From NCBI GenBank assembly GCA_026770705.1, contig JANJGN010000036.1:3162001-3226000 (forward strand): a stretch of DNA of 64,000 bases, in the 5' to 3' direction. Below the pieces are notes generated by a model. That model did not search any database and had not been told where the DNA came from. It worked only from the letters and a program-made list of their open reading frames with translations. The stretch is from Isurus oxyrinchus. Taxonomy: Eukaryota. Position 1 is the first letter of the stretch. Each line of letters begins with the position of its first letter. The position numbers and the translations under genes are program-made. Positions 12,401 to 24,257 of the stretch are shown one piece after another.

Positions 12401-15189
12401 TTGCTGAATATTAATGTTTTTCGTTAATATTTGAGAACTTTTAAGTCCTACAAGGGATGTGAGCACGCCTGGAAATTATTACCTTTCCTAAGTTGCCTCT
12501 TGAGAAGGTGGTGGTACGACGCCTTCTTGAACTATTGCATTCAAAGTCCTCTAGGCATTCTCATGTAGGCTTTTAAGTTACGCGTTCCAGGATTTCGACT
12601 CATTGACAGTGAAGGAAAGGCCGATATATTTCCTAGTCAGTGCGGTTTGTGGCTTGGAGAGGTACTAGCAGCTTGGTGGTGTTCCCAAGAATCGGTTGTC
12701 CTTTTATTTTTAAGTGTTAGAACTCGAGTGCTTGTAAGGTGAAAGCCAGCAATGCAGGATATAATGTAATATTACTCAATGGAATATATCCTCTGGAGAG
12801 TTTGTACAAGATTCTGTTGCAACCTGCTTCACACAGAGACTCTGAAATATGGGATGAACGGCGTGTGGTTGTTTTGAATTTTAATCACTGCTCTCATGTC
12901 AGCCATAACAGTTCACTGCATATTTACTGCATAGTGATGACTTATTTTAGCAATAAATATCCAGCTCCTTGGATGTTATAGCTTGTAGAATTATATAGAA
13001 CTTACAGAAGAAGAACTGGCTCATCTGGCTTTGCACTAGACAATTTGCTCCATATGAGCCTCCGCCCACCGGCTCTTCATCACTGCCACTTAACATATGC
13101 TTCTATTCGTTTCTCCCTCATCAGTTTATCCAGCTTCCCCCTGAAATGCATCTCTGCTATACAGCCCCATTAATCTCTATGATAGTGAGTTCCACATTCT
13201 CCCTACGCTATGTTCGAAGAAGTGTCTCCTGAATTCCGTGTTGGTGTTGTTAGTGAATATCTCATCATGGTGAAACTTCATTGCCGTCGCCATAAAAGAA
13301 AATACTTTCTTTACCTGTGCCGCCTGCAACACTGTCAAAAGTTTTAACAGCTGTATCAGTTCACCCCTCGCCTTCTCTTTTCCAGCGAGTGTCCCAGGCT
13401 AATCAGACTCTCCTGTTCGTTATAACCTTTCATCTCTGGCATCATAATTAAAAATCCTGTTTGCCCCTTCGCTAGTGCCTTTATACCCTGTTTATAAACT
13501 GAGGAGCAGATATGTGCACAGTGAGTCATAGATCTTCACGAGACTTGTTATCAGGAATATGAGACTAGTAATGAAAATTCAAATCAACCCACACACAGCT
13601 CATCCAATTCCCCAGTCTCTGAGTTAAACAATTTGAATCAAGAACCTTTTACAAACTCTTTACAGAATAAATTATACCGAGTAGAATTACATTAAATCCT
13701 CAGAAAGCTTGTATATTAAAACATACCTTCTCTGGTTCTCAATTATATTCCCCCACAAATGAACCTCAGTGCCTAATTAGCATATTTGTAACAAAGATCA
13801 CAAGCAACGCCGTCAAAAACAACTTACTTTAGAATTTTTCACAGACTGAATGAAATAACCGTTTGATCAGCGTTAGAAACCGACAAGAAACTGAGGCCTC
13901 TCTTTACTGAGTTTGGACGGAGGTCATTTTCCCACATTCTGCTGTTGAGTGAGCAGCTCAGTTGCCATTAGCCAGAGGAGGAATCAACTCACACAAACCA
14001 ACGGTGGCCGAGGGTGTCTTTGGGGAGTTTTTCTTTTTAATTGGAATATGACCCCGTCTGTTCTGTTGATTTGCAATCCGCGTTCATAGACAGTTCGCTA
14101 AAACCCGTTTTTCCACTGATTAATAGTAGTAGACATGATTTTGAAAAAGCGCCGCAATAAGGAAGCGATTCTAAACACCGAGTGGCGAGGGGACAAACGA
14201 AGGCACTAACATCGAGTAGAAGTAGTTCAGTCGGCCCCTCGAGCATGCTATAAATGATCACGGCTGATCTGAAAGTAATCTGAAATCTGCATCCTATCTA
14301 CCCCCGATACCCTATCACCCCCTTGATCATCGAGAATCTACCCACATCTGCCTTAAAATATTGAAATCTCAGGAAGAGATTTCCAAAGATTCACGATCCT
14401 CTGAGAGAGAAAAAAAATGCGCCTCATCTCTGTTTTAAATGTCTGTAACCAGTTATTAACCTCGGGAATAAAGGTTTCTGACGGTCTCCATTCCCAGCGG
14501 AATGTTGCCGGTTTCCCTGAAGAGCCGCTTTAGGATTTAATTGAAAATAATTCTCAGGGGGAATTCAGCACATGCTGGACAGAGATAATATGTATGAAAT
14601 GTAATGAGGAAACCCTTTAGATCAGTGAAACTGAGAGACAGTGAGTAAAAAGTTTGTAAGAATCTTCCCTTCATACTTTTTACCAAAGCAAGAGTCGACT
14701 AAATATTATTCCTTCGTTCCCGGGATGTGAGGGTCGTTGGCTAGCGCAGAATATATCGCAGACCCCTTTTTCTCACGCGGGAAGGTGGAGGCGAGATGCC
14801 TCCTTTAACCACTGCAGTCCATGTGGTGTGGTCACACCAAAACTGCTCTTCGGAAGGGAGTTCCAGGTTTTTGACCCTGCGACAGTCAGGACGGTGAGTG
14901 ACTTGGAGTAGAATTTGCAGATGTTCTAAAGTGTTTGCTGCCTTTGACTTTCTGGGCAGTGCTGCCTGTGAATAGTTAGTGTGTACACTGTAATACCTCT
15001 GAGCCCGGGCGTGGAGGCGCATCATTTGGGGAAAAAAACTAAGGCAGCAGTTAATACTTTTCAAACACCGACCAAATCGGATAAAAAAGGCTCGCTATCA
15101 CGTGGAAGAGGTCAATCCGCAGCAGCCTGCTGCTCTCTGTCCAGTTGAGTTTCTCTTGAAGAGATCCGGCCCTGGTGCAATGGCTTGTG

Positions 15190-15227
<38 letters not shown>

Positions 15228-18200
15228 GTAAACAATGAATCGGCCCTCTAACAAACTCTCTTGAACCTACGGTTTGTCATTGAGTTTCGCTGCTGGAAAT
15301 TTGCAGACAGTTCTACAGGTGAGCGCCTGAATTGTAAAGCGAGGGAAACCACAAAGGGCCTCTGGCTGGGGTATTATTTTATGAATTAAACGCAAGTTGT
15401 TCAGAATGTTGGCCTGTGATTTCCGTCGCTCGATGTATCTTACACACTCCGAACGCAATGGTGTGTGAAAAAGGCGCCTCTGGCTGGTTCACAGCAACAG
15501 CCGCGGATATAATGAGTGAGCCTCAGCTGTCAACATCGCTGTGCTTCTGTCTGAATTCCCCTGGCTCGCTTAGTCGTAATTAAGGTTAAGGATTTCTGAA
15601 TAAACAATTCTGATATAAATTCAGCTACAATATTCTCAGCTCAATTCAGAACGAATTCTACCGGTAATTCATTATATCAGGACTTTCAGATTAAGGTTAA
15701 TATTTCTCGCTCATGTCGCCCCATTTCCATGCCGCCCCTGAACTGGACAATTCATGTAGATTCCATTGAACTTGAAAAGTGCTGCACAAAACGTACAGCA
15801 CAGGAGCCGGCCATTCGGCTAACTGCACGATGCTAGTTTATATACCCCACACGAGATCGCTTCCACCACCTTTTCATCTCACCCCCATCAACATATCCTT
15901 CTGTACATTTCTCGCTCGCGTGTTTAGCCGGATTCCTCGTTAAATGCATCTCCGCTGTGAACCTCAACCACTCTCTGTGTGGGAGCGAGTTCTACAATCC
16001 CTCCAGTCCCTAATTAAATAAGTTTCTCCTGATCATGGAGAACAAGAAAACTAGGCACGAAGACAGATAGAGATGCACAGATAGCGCGATAGAAACAGAA
16101 AGAAATGGATAGTTTGGTATACAGTGGATAGATAATTCTAAACCTAGCATACATCAATATGGTGGTAAATTGTCAAGAAATTATTTTGTCAAAGTGCAGC
16201 TCAAGATTTTAAGGTTTTTATATAGTGTGTCTGTGACTATGGGTGTGTTTGTTTATGTGCGTGACCGTAAGTGTGTGTTTCTCTGTGTGATTGTAAGTGT
16301 GTGTGTGTTTCTGTGTGTGACTAACTCTGCGTGTGTGTTTCTACGTGTCTGAATTTGTGAGTACGTGTTTGTGTGAAGGGGGGAAACTGTGTCTTTGTGT
16401 GCTCTCGTGAATGTGTGCATGTGTGACTGAGCTTGTGTGTGGGTGTGTGTGTTTGTGTTTAGAGGCATGGCGCATTCCTCAGGCAGCTGCTTTGATTTGA
16501 CTACAGTGTAAAAAGTACTGTGTTTTTTTACAGTTTAAAGATATATCTTAATGAACCTTTCCCTCTGAGGTTAATTAGCAAATATCGAAACTTGAACATT
16601 GCTTTAAGAAAAAAAAGCACAAACAGAAGAGATATGGGAAGGTTTATGTCCACTTTTCTGCAGTGAAACGTTGTAAGGTTGAAGGTTTTGTTTTAGTCTG
16701 AAAGTTGACTTCATTGTTCATCAAAACTGAAGGGAAAATACAGCAGAGGTATTTAGACAAAAGAAACAATTTAAGATGGAGCATTGCTCTTTATTTATGA
16801 TGGGAATTTTTAAAAAAATATCAACTTCGGTTAAAAAAAAGGTAACACAGCTGCAAATGTTTCTCCGCCCCCTAATTCCAGCAGCTACTTTAACCCTTTC
16901 TTCTATTCGGTGCTTTATAAAAAAAAATATACAACTTTTTGTCTTCCTAATGTAACTTCATATCATGGACATTGTTAAATGTAAATATTCTATTTTTATA
17001 GATACACCCACTGGACTCCTAACTAAAGACACAATGGATTGTTTGTGTTTTTGGAAATTATTGACGATCGTTTCTAGCTCCAAGTTAATACTGCTGGTGC
17101 AACAAGGAATACAACAGTTTCGAGAATTAAATCGCAGCATGCTGACAGTTTTGAAAAAGGTATTTGCCTTTCAAAGCCCCGACCATAACCAATCAGATAA
17201 TTTGTTGCCATCCGAGGAAAACTATTGGAGAATTGGAAATGTGGAAATTATCTCTAAACTGACAGCAAGCTTGTTTGTCTCAGATGTAAAATCACAGTTT
17301 AAAGCCGACAAGCCTAGCCATAAATGTTTCTGAAATATGAATGAGTAATAGATTGATGTGAGTTGCTATTTCAAGCACTGAAAGGGAAATTGATCTGAAC
17401 TTTATTGGGGTAAACAAATTTTAACCTTCAAAAATAAAAGCTCATGGAAAAAGCAGCCTAGGTGGTTTCTGGGTAGTATAAATGAAGCTTAATTTGGAGA
17501 GGAATAAATTGAGCATGAAAAGTGCCTATAAGCCCAATAACACTGCGAATTGAATCTGGGATAATTTTGAAATTGTAAAATGTCAGACGTTAGCTGAAAG
17601 CAAGAACAATCAAAATATGTTCATTTTTCGAAACACGTGAGACTGTTTGATTTCTGTCCTTAAGATATTATGAGGATATTGTGCTGTCAGGTAAAGTTTC
17701 GCCAATGTTCCTGTATGGGATAGGATGCTAATTATTCCATGTGCAATATTGTGTGAGGAAGTAATTGATGGTGCGAAATGAATATTGGAAAAAAACAGAT
17801 CATCAAATGTGAATTATTTCCATTGGGCGTAATTGAAAATAAAATATCAATCGGGTTATTTAGTGGAATCAAAGTGTAGATGAGATGATGAAGGTTATAA
17901 CGTTCTTTTGGAGATGAAGATTTTAAGAAAATTAAATTTGATATTTGGTCTATGATCCGCGACATTGGGACCATGCAGAGTGGGAGAAGCAAAGGTCTTC
18001 AGAGAGCTCACCACCGGTCTCTCAAGCGCAATTAGCGACAGGCAATAAATTCTTGCGTAGTCAGTGATGCTCACATCCCATGAATGAAATAAAATGTGCC
18101 AAGCTCTGTGGCTGGCATCTGGTAAGTGTGATGTGGAGTGAGAGTCTAATGAAAATTTCAAATCTGCTAGTGGTGGATTTTGGTTGGGCAGGGGGATTAA

Positions 18201-18829
18201 GCGCGTTATGAACTAAGATGTATCAACTGAATTAAAATACAGACTGGTCATAATATAATAACATTTCTGTTTTACAGTGTAGGTTAGAAGTCAGCAACTG
18301 TCTCTTTCAGGTTCCTCATCAACTGTTTAGTTACAATTCTGCACATCTTGCATGCACTCTTAAGGTTTACTTCATTCGCCTTCCGGTTGATCAAAAATTC
18401 ATAGAGCATTTAAAATCTAAAACTCGTACAACATTTATTGTGACATAATTCAGTATTCTCGCAACAAACTTGTAACATAGCTCAGCCAGTGTCTTCACAT
18501 TTAATTGCACACACATCAATATCATGACAGAAATCTCGGCATAGGTTGGAGGGTGGGTGGGGGGGGGGTCACAAAATTGCGGGTCACAATGTTCAACCGG
18601 GAACCAACCCGGGGTTCTAACCAGTAAGCAGCCGATGAGCGGGCAACTAGTGCCAGCAGCTTTTCAACCAGGTGAACGTCAACTGCCCGTGAGCCTGGAT
18701 CAACTGGTTAACAAGCAGGCGGAGGGCAACTCCCCACTTACACGGATCAGCTGGTTTGCAGCCGTCCCCAAAAACAGTTGGCTGTCTGGATTTACCGGTT
18801 CTGTCAAACTGCAGCCTGACGAGTGTTTT

Positions 18830-19740
18830 ATAAAGATTTCACAGAACTTCCATCATTTTCTACTCAATTCCCCTGCAACTAATCCTATAATTCATTTTTT
18901 TATACGAACTCCTCAAATTGTCCTGCTACCTTCAAAGCAGTGGCACATGTAGCCCGGGGCCTCTTTATCGCTGAACTACTTTCTCCATCTGTACCAATCT
19001 TTCTCACCAAAATGTATCTCTTCATTCATGTGTTGAATTTGAACTGTGAAGCGTTTATGCCTCCCTAAAGCCTATTACTATTCACTAATCATTTACTTCA
19101 TTACCAAGTTAAATGTCATTTCAAAACTTTATAATCATGCCCTGTGCAACAAAGACCAGATTGGTAAAAAGTGTAAAAAAATAGTGACCTCGGAGAAATT
19201 CACTGTCCATCTCCATCAACATAAGAAAGAACTTTTTATCACTGCTCTCTGCTTTTACCTTAGCCAATCTTGTACCCATGTTGCTACTCTCCCTCTGATC
19301 CTTCCATTTTTATAACAAGTTTATAATTCTAGGCTTTGCCAACTGCTTTTAAAAGTCCCTATGCACAAAACCAACCACACTGCCGCCATCAACACTTGCC
19401 GTTCTTTCATCAATGAACGCGATCAACATAGTCAAACATAACATGCGTTTAACATATTCCTGCTGACTTTCAATTATTAATTCATACATTGCTGAATGCC
19501 AAGTAATTTTGTCTCGATAAGTATCCCCTCGACCAGCAGTATTTTGAAGGCCTGCAGTATTCAGGTTTATCCTTCTCCAATTTTTCAAACCATGGTGTAA
19601 CTTTCCCATCTGCAAGTCGCCTCATAGGGCTTCCGCATCCAAGGAAGGATGGAAGATTTGGTCTGTAATTTCGACCCTAATTTTTCAGAAGAATCTAGAA
19701 TGCTTCTCATCCGGGAATGGTGGCTTTCCCCCTCGAAGGT
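18830..19740 (-). mobile_element. Old decayed CR1 RT fragment
   Basis: ESQQEYVKRMLCLTMLIAF…VDGGSVVGFVHRDF, a degenerate form of CR1 QHGF…CLTNL…VDVVYMDF. Confidence 0.55.
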
Positions 19741-19869
19741 ACTTCCATTTTGTCTATTTTTATCCTATCCAATTCCAAACCTGTGTCTTCCATTATTGTA
19801 AGTAATTGCATAACTGATTCTTACTTGTAAGAATCGGTGGCTCAGACAGCGTGTATTGTTTATCCCTTC

Positions 19870-20330
19870 TTGAATGGCTGCAGCCCATGTGGTGACACAT
19901 ATCCACAGTACTGTAAAGAAGAGAGTTCCAAGATTTTGGCCCAGTGACAGTGAAGTAACGGCAATATAGTTGCAAGTCAGGATGTTTTGTTGCTTGGTGG
20001 GGACTTTGCACATGTTGGCGTTCCCATGCATCTGGTGCCCTTGTCCTTCTAAGTGGTAGAATTTGGTGGTTTTGAAAGATGCTGTCGAACAGACCGTGGT
20101 GAGTTGCTGCAGTGGATCGTGTAGGTGATGTACAGTTCTGCCACTGCTCATCGATGGTGAAGGGAGTAGATGGGTTGGGGATAAAGCTTTATCCTGGATG
20201 ACGTCGAGCTTCTTGTGTCCGGTTGGAGCTGCACTCATGCAGTCAAGTGCAGAGTATTCCAACACACTCCTGACTTGTGCCTTGCAAATGGTGGATAGAC
20301 TTTGGCAGGCAGGTGGTGAATCACTCATGA
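19870..20330 (-). mobile_element. Non-LTR retrotransposon 3' ORF fragment (second LINE family)
   Basis: STICKAQVRSVLEYSALDCMSAAPTGHKKLDVIQDKA. The same family's 3' region recurs at ~2030-2400 (+), 12450-12740, 14715-14960, 34330-34600, 38940-39230 and 41575-41830 (-). Confidence 0.65.
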
Positions 20331-22999
20331 CAATTACATTGAGAGCGAAAACAGATTCAATGCATTTAATGAGTACCACAACCATACCCACGGCTTCCTC
20401 TGCATCTCCTTTTTTTGTGTTCAGCTGCAATATACATTGCAGCTAATATTCTGGAGTGATTGTTTCTCCAGTCAGGCAGTGTCAACTTCAACAACGACAA
20501 AGATAATAATGAATCTGTCCCACCCCTGGAAATGAGGTGTAGATTACAACGATGTGGATGAGCTGATTCCATTCACCCTGTATCATTGGGATAACAGCCT
20601 TTTCCTTCCTGAATTCTTGGTTCAATTTTTAAAAAGTTCTGCCTCCCTCAAATACACATTTCAGAATAAACAGACCTCAAACTCTCTCAATGACCATGAA
20701 GCCAAACGTGTTTTAAATAATCTCTCTTTTCACTGATCTCCCAGATTAGATGGGCTGCAATTTGTGACGGAGTTTTGGATGGAGACACGCCTGAGTTGGA
20801 GTGAAGAGCCAATGAGATCAATGAGAACGACAGGGGAACACAACAAAATAAAACCTGCTCCAGAGAGAATTTGACATATTATAGTCCGAGTCACTCATTT
20901 TAAAATACAACAGGGCAGATGAAAGTTGACAAACTATTGTTAAATTACATCTCCTTTCAACTGCGTCGGAGTAATGCATGCAATTTCCAAACTTCAAACC
21001 CTGTTACAGCTCAATCGATGGTAGGGTCAGAAATTTCTGGGGCCTAAGAACACAAGTATTAGGAATAGTATTTTTTGGACACTTCGAGCCTTTTCCGCCA
21101 TTCATGGTTGATCTGAATATGACCTGAAATCCACTTTCCTGCCTGTCCACAATTACCCGTGAATCCCTTTGGCAATCAAAAATCTGTATAACTCAGTTTT
21201 GAATATATTGAATGAGCCAGCTTCCACACTGAATAGGCAAGTGAATTCAAAAGGCCAAGGACCCTCTCAGGGAATAAATTCCTAATTGTCTCTGCCTGAA
21301 ATGGGAGACCTCTTTTCCTGTAACAGTGCCTCCTAGCTCTATATTCCCGCAAGAGGGGAAACGCCAGCAGGCACACTGCCAAGCCCCTCAGAATGGTATA
21401 TGTTTCAGTGAGACTCTGTCATGACTCCAAATCTGTTTTGTATAAATCCCAATCTCTCCGCATTTACTCTTCGCTTATCTTTTTAGAAAGTAGATTCAAT
21501 CTAAGTTGTATAATTTACTTGAGGTCCAAAGAAAAATTAACTAAATTGTTGATAAATGAAGATGTTAACTTGAAAATTAATAAACATTAGTTGAATAACA
21601 GTGAAGTGAGGTATTCCTCAGTGGAATAATGTGAATTGAATGCACCGATCTTTGGAATATTGCAGCTTGCCGAAAACACAAACTCTAATACATGGTTAAA
21701 AATTTATAAATCAAATGTTAAGATTTTAAAAATAATTTCATCATCCAGAAATAAATAAAAATAAGGACTATAAGTTTTTCTTCATTGATTTCCTGGCAGC
21801 TCATATTCATTTACTTTCCTCGAACGGCAATGGAAGCGAAGTCATGGAATATTTTTAAGGCAGCGCTAGGTAGACTTTTGATAAGCAAGGTGGTAAAAGG
21901 TTATCAGGAGTGCGGGGTTGATGTTGAAATCCAGTCATCCATGATCTTATTGAATGGAGGCGCAGGCTTGAGCAGCAGAGACTGGGTGACCGACTCCTGT
22001 TAGTTATTTGTGTGTTGAGAAATGGAGCTAGAGTCTCTGTTCTTTCCGGCACCGGATCCAGAGCCGCTCTCGGAGTTTACAGCGATGCTTGCAGTGGGAA
22101 ATGCCGGACGTTGCTGTTGGCGCTTCTCCGTCGGAAATGCTGCTCCTTGTCCAATGCTGCATTTCCTGTGGGCTCTTTCTTTTTTTGATCACGGGAATCG
22201 GCCAAATACAGAGATACGTTTGGCACTGCACAGATATTTATTGATATATTAACGGCCAGGTTAATGATGTTTTTTTTCTCTGTTCACAATCTTTCCCCAG
22301 TTTCCGACCCAGTCTCCGCTGGTCAGACCGCCCATAGAAAGTGTGGGACTCAGAACGGCTGTGTGGGCAGCTACAGCGTGAACTGCTACCGTCAATGATC
22401 CGGTTACAATCCAGTCTGGCTGCTATATCACAGTACAGGTGCTGGCAACAATCGAGGTACCTCTTCAAGAACCGTTTTCAATCTTCCACAGATACCCTCA
22501 GTAACAATTTCGTTCTGGGCATCTGAATCTGGATCCCCGTGACTCCACCGTATTTGCTATGAGGTCTGGGAGAAATCAGCACTGATAATCTGTGAGATAG
22601 GACAATATAAAAATTGTATGTAGAAAATCTCTCAGAACTACAACAGCCCATGGACTGAAAATATGCCATCATCTTCAAAAATAATACTTGTGCAATTTCC
22701 CTGGAAATCTAATCGAAATTCCAATTGTTTATTTGCATTTTGCGAATATTAGTTCTCACCAATACCCAGGTGAATAATCTCAGGGATTCGCGCTATTTTG
22801 GAAATATCTCTCGGGATACAGTCTCTTTGAAAGCCAAAATACGACAGGGTAAGTATTCATGGGAAGAGTATTAACATTTCATCCTTTATCTAGCCCCCAG
22901 CCTGAGGTATAGGCGACCGGTTCCATTGCAAAACCGCTCCTTGTGGATCGTCGGAGGCCGGGCCCGCCCTGAATATTGGGAGTCAGTGACTCACTCTGT

Positions 23000-23330
23000 C
23001 GATCCAACATGGAGGATGGTGGAATTTGAATTCAATTTTGGAATCAAAAAGCTACTGATGGCGATAAAACCATTGTCCAATGTTATAAAAACCAATCTGG
23101 TTTGCTAATGACCGTTAGGGAAGGAAATCTGCCGTCCTTACATGGCCTGGCCTATATGTGACTCCAGACCAATAGCAATGTTGTTGAATCTTAAATGCCT
23201 GGAACCTGCAGCACACGGACTGTCACGGTTCAAGGAGGCGACTGAGCACCAGCTTTTCAAGGGCAATGAGGGATGGGCATTAAATACTGACCTAGCCAGC
23301 AATGCCCACATACCACCAATGAATAACAAA
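23000..23330 (+). mobile_element. 5'-truncated SINE sharing its 3' tail with the second LINE family
   Basis: Non-coding core (agggaaggaaatctgccgtccttac…gtgactccagacc) followed by the caagggcaat..gggatgggca…gcccacat tail also seen at 2320-2390 and 18020-18090. Confidence 0.6.
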
Positions 23331-23432
23331 GGGAGCCATTCTACTGGCCTCCAGTCTATCAGAAACTTAGTATTTTTTAACTACCCTCCTGGTAATAGCT
23401 CAATATTTTCTTTCAAGATAAGAGACTCATCT

Positions 23433-23570
23433 NNNNNNNNNNNNNNNNNNNNNNNNNNNNNNNNNNNNNNNNNNNNNNNNNNNNNNNNNNNNNNNNNNNN
23501 NNNNNNNNNNNNNNNNNNNNNNNNNNNNNNNNNNNNNNNNNNNNNNNNNNNNNNNNNNNNNNNNNNNNNN
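23433..23570. other. Assembly gap (138 N)
   Basis: Run of N. Confidence 1.
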
Positions 23571-23820
23571 TGACATTATCCAACAGAGCGTTAGATCAGT
23601 AAAAGTGTGTGCGTGTGATTCTGAGAATATCCAGCCAAGGGATAGATCAATAAAGGTATTTGCGTGTGTGCGTGATTCTAACATTATCCAGCAGAGGGTT
23701 AGGTCAATAAAAGTGTGCGTGTGTAATTCTGACATTAACAATCAGATGGTTAGATCAGTAAATGTGCCTGTGTGTGTATGTGTGATTCCATCATTAACCA
23801 GCAGAAGGTTCATTCAGTTA
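23571..23820. repeat. Minisatellite (~50-56 bp unit) abutting the gap
   Basis: Repeated acattatcca.cagag.gttagatca.taaa.gtgtg..cgtgtgattc, about 4.5 copies. Confidence 0.8.
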
Positions 23821-23840
23821 ATTACTGAAGAATAATTTTT

Positions 23841-23846
23841 TTTATT
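23841..23846 (-). terminator. Candidate polyadenylation signal of gene A
   Basis: AATAAA on the minus strand ~330 nt downstream of the stop codon. Confidence 0.45.
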
Positions 23847-24176
23847 TACAAAAATACATTATCAAAGCAATATAAATACTGTCAGTAACTAGAGTTGCCG
23901 GATCAGCAAAAAAAGGTTCAGAGAAACTCGGGAAATTGCACAGTCCTTGCTCAATGCTACTTTCACGGATACAGTGGAATATCTTAAAAAGACACAAGAC
24001 ATATTATGTTACATTTAACAAAAGGAGCCAGTCTTTGTAAAGTTTGGCGAGTGCACACGGATAGTTTAGTTGTTTGATGGGAGCCTCCGTGGCTCCATGT
24101 GCATTTCCACAAGGCTGTGGGTTCACTAGCAACTCCTGTCTCCTCCTTAATTCATCAGGGAGGACCATCCCGATCC

Positions 24177-24257
24177 TCATCTGCGACCCGCCTTCTTTTT
24201 TGACCTCTTTTCCAATGCAGCAAACTCCAGGGAGGCGTAGAGAGGCCCGCCCTGAGA
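24177..24257 (-). CDS. Gene A terminal exon with ITIM-like motif (SQGGPLYASLEFAALEKRSKKKAGRR*)
   Basis: Acceptor gcttctcAG in phase 0 (in-frame alternative AG 6 nt downstream); YASL followed by xF; TGA at 24179-24177. Confidence 0.7.
   Translation of the reverse strand, partial: SQGGPLYASLEFAALEKRSKKKAGRR

Noticed and set aside
16965-17333. 122-aa ORF in an AT-rich region
   Set aside because: No recognisable domain, splice context or paralog.
23142-23741. ORFs spanning X residues
   Set aside because: Artifacts of the N gap plus SINE/minisatellite sequence.
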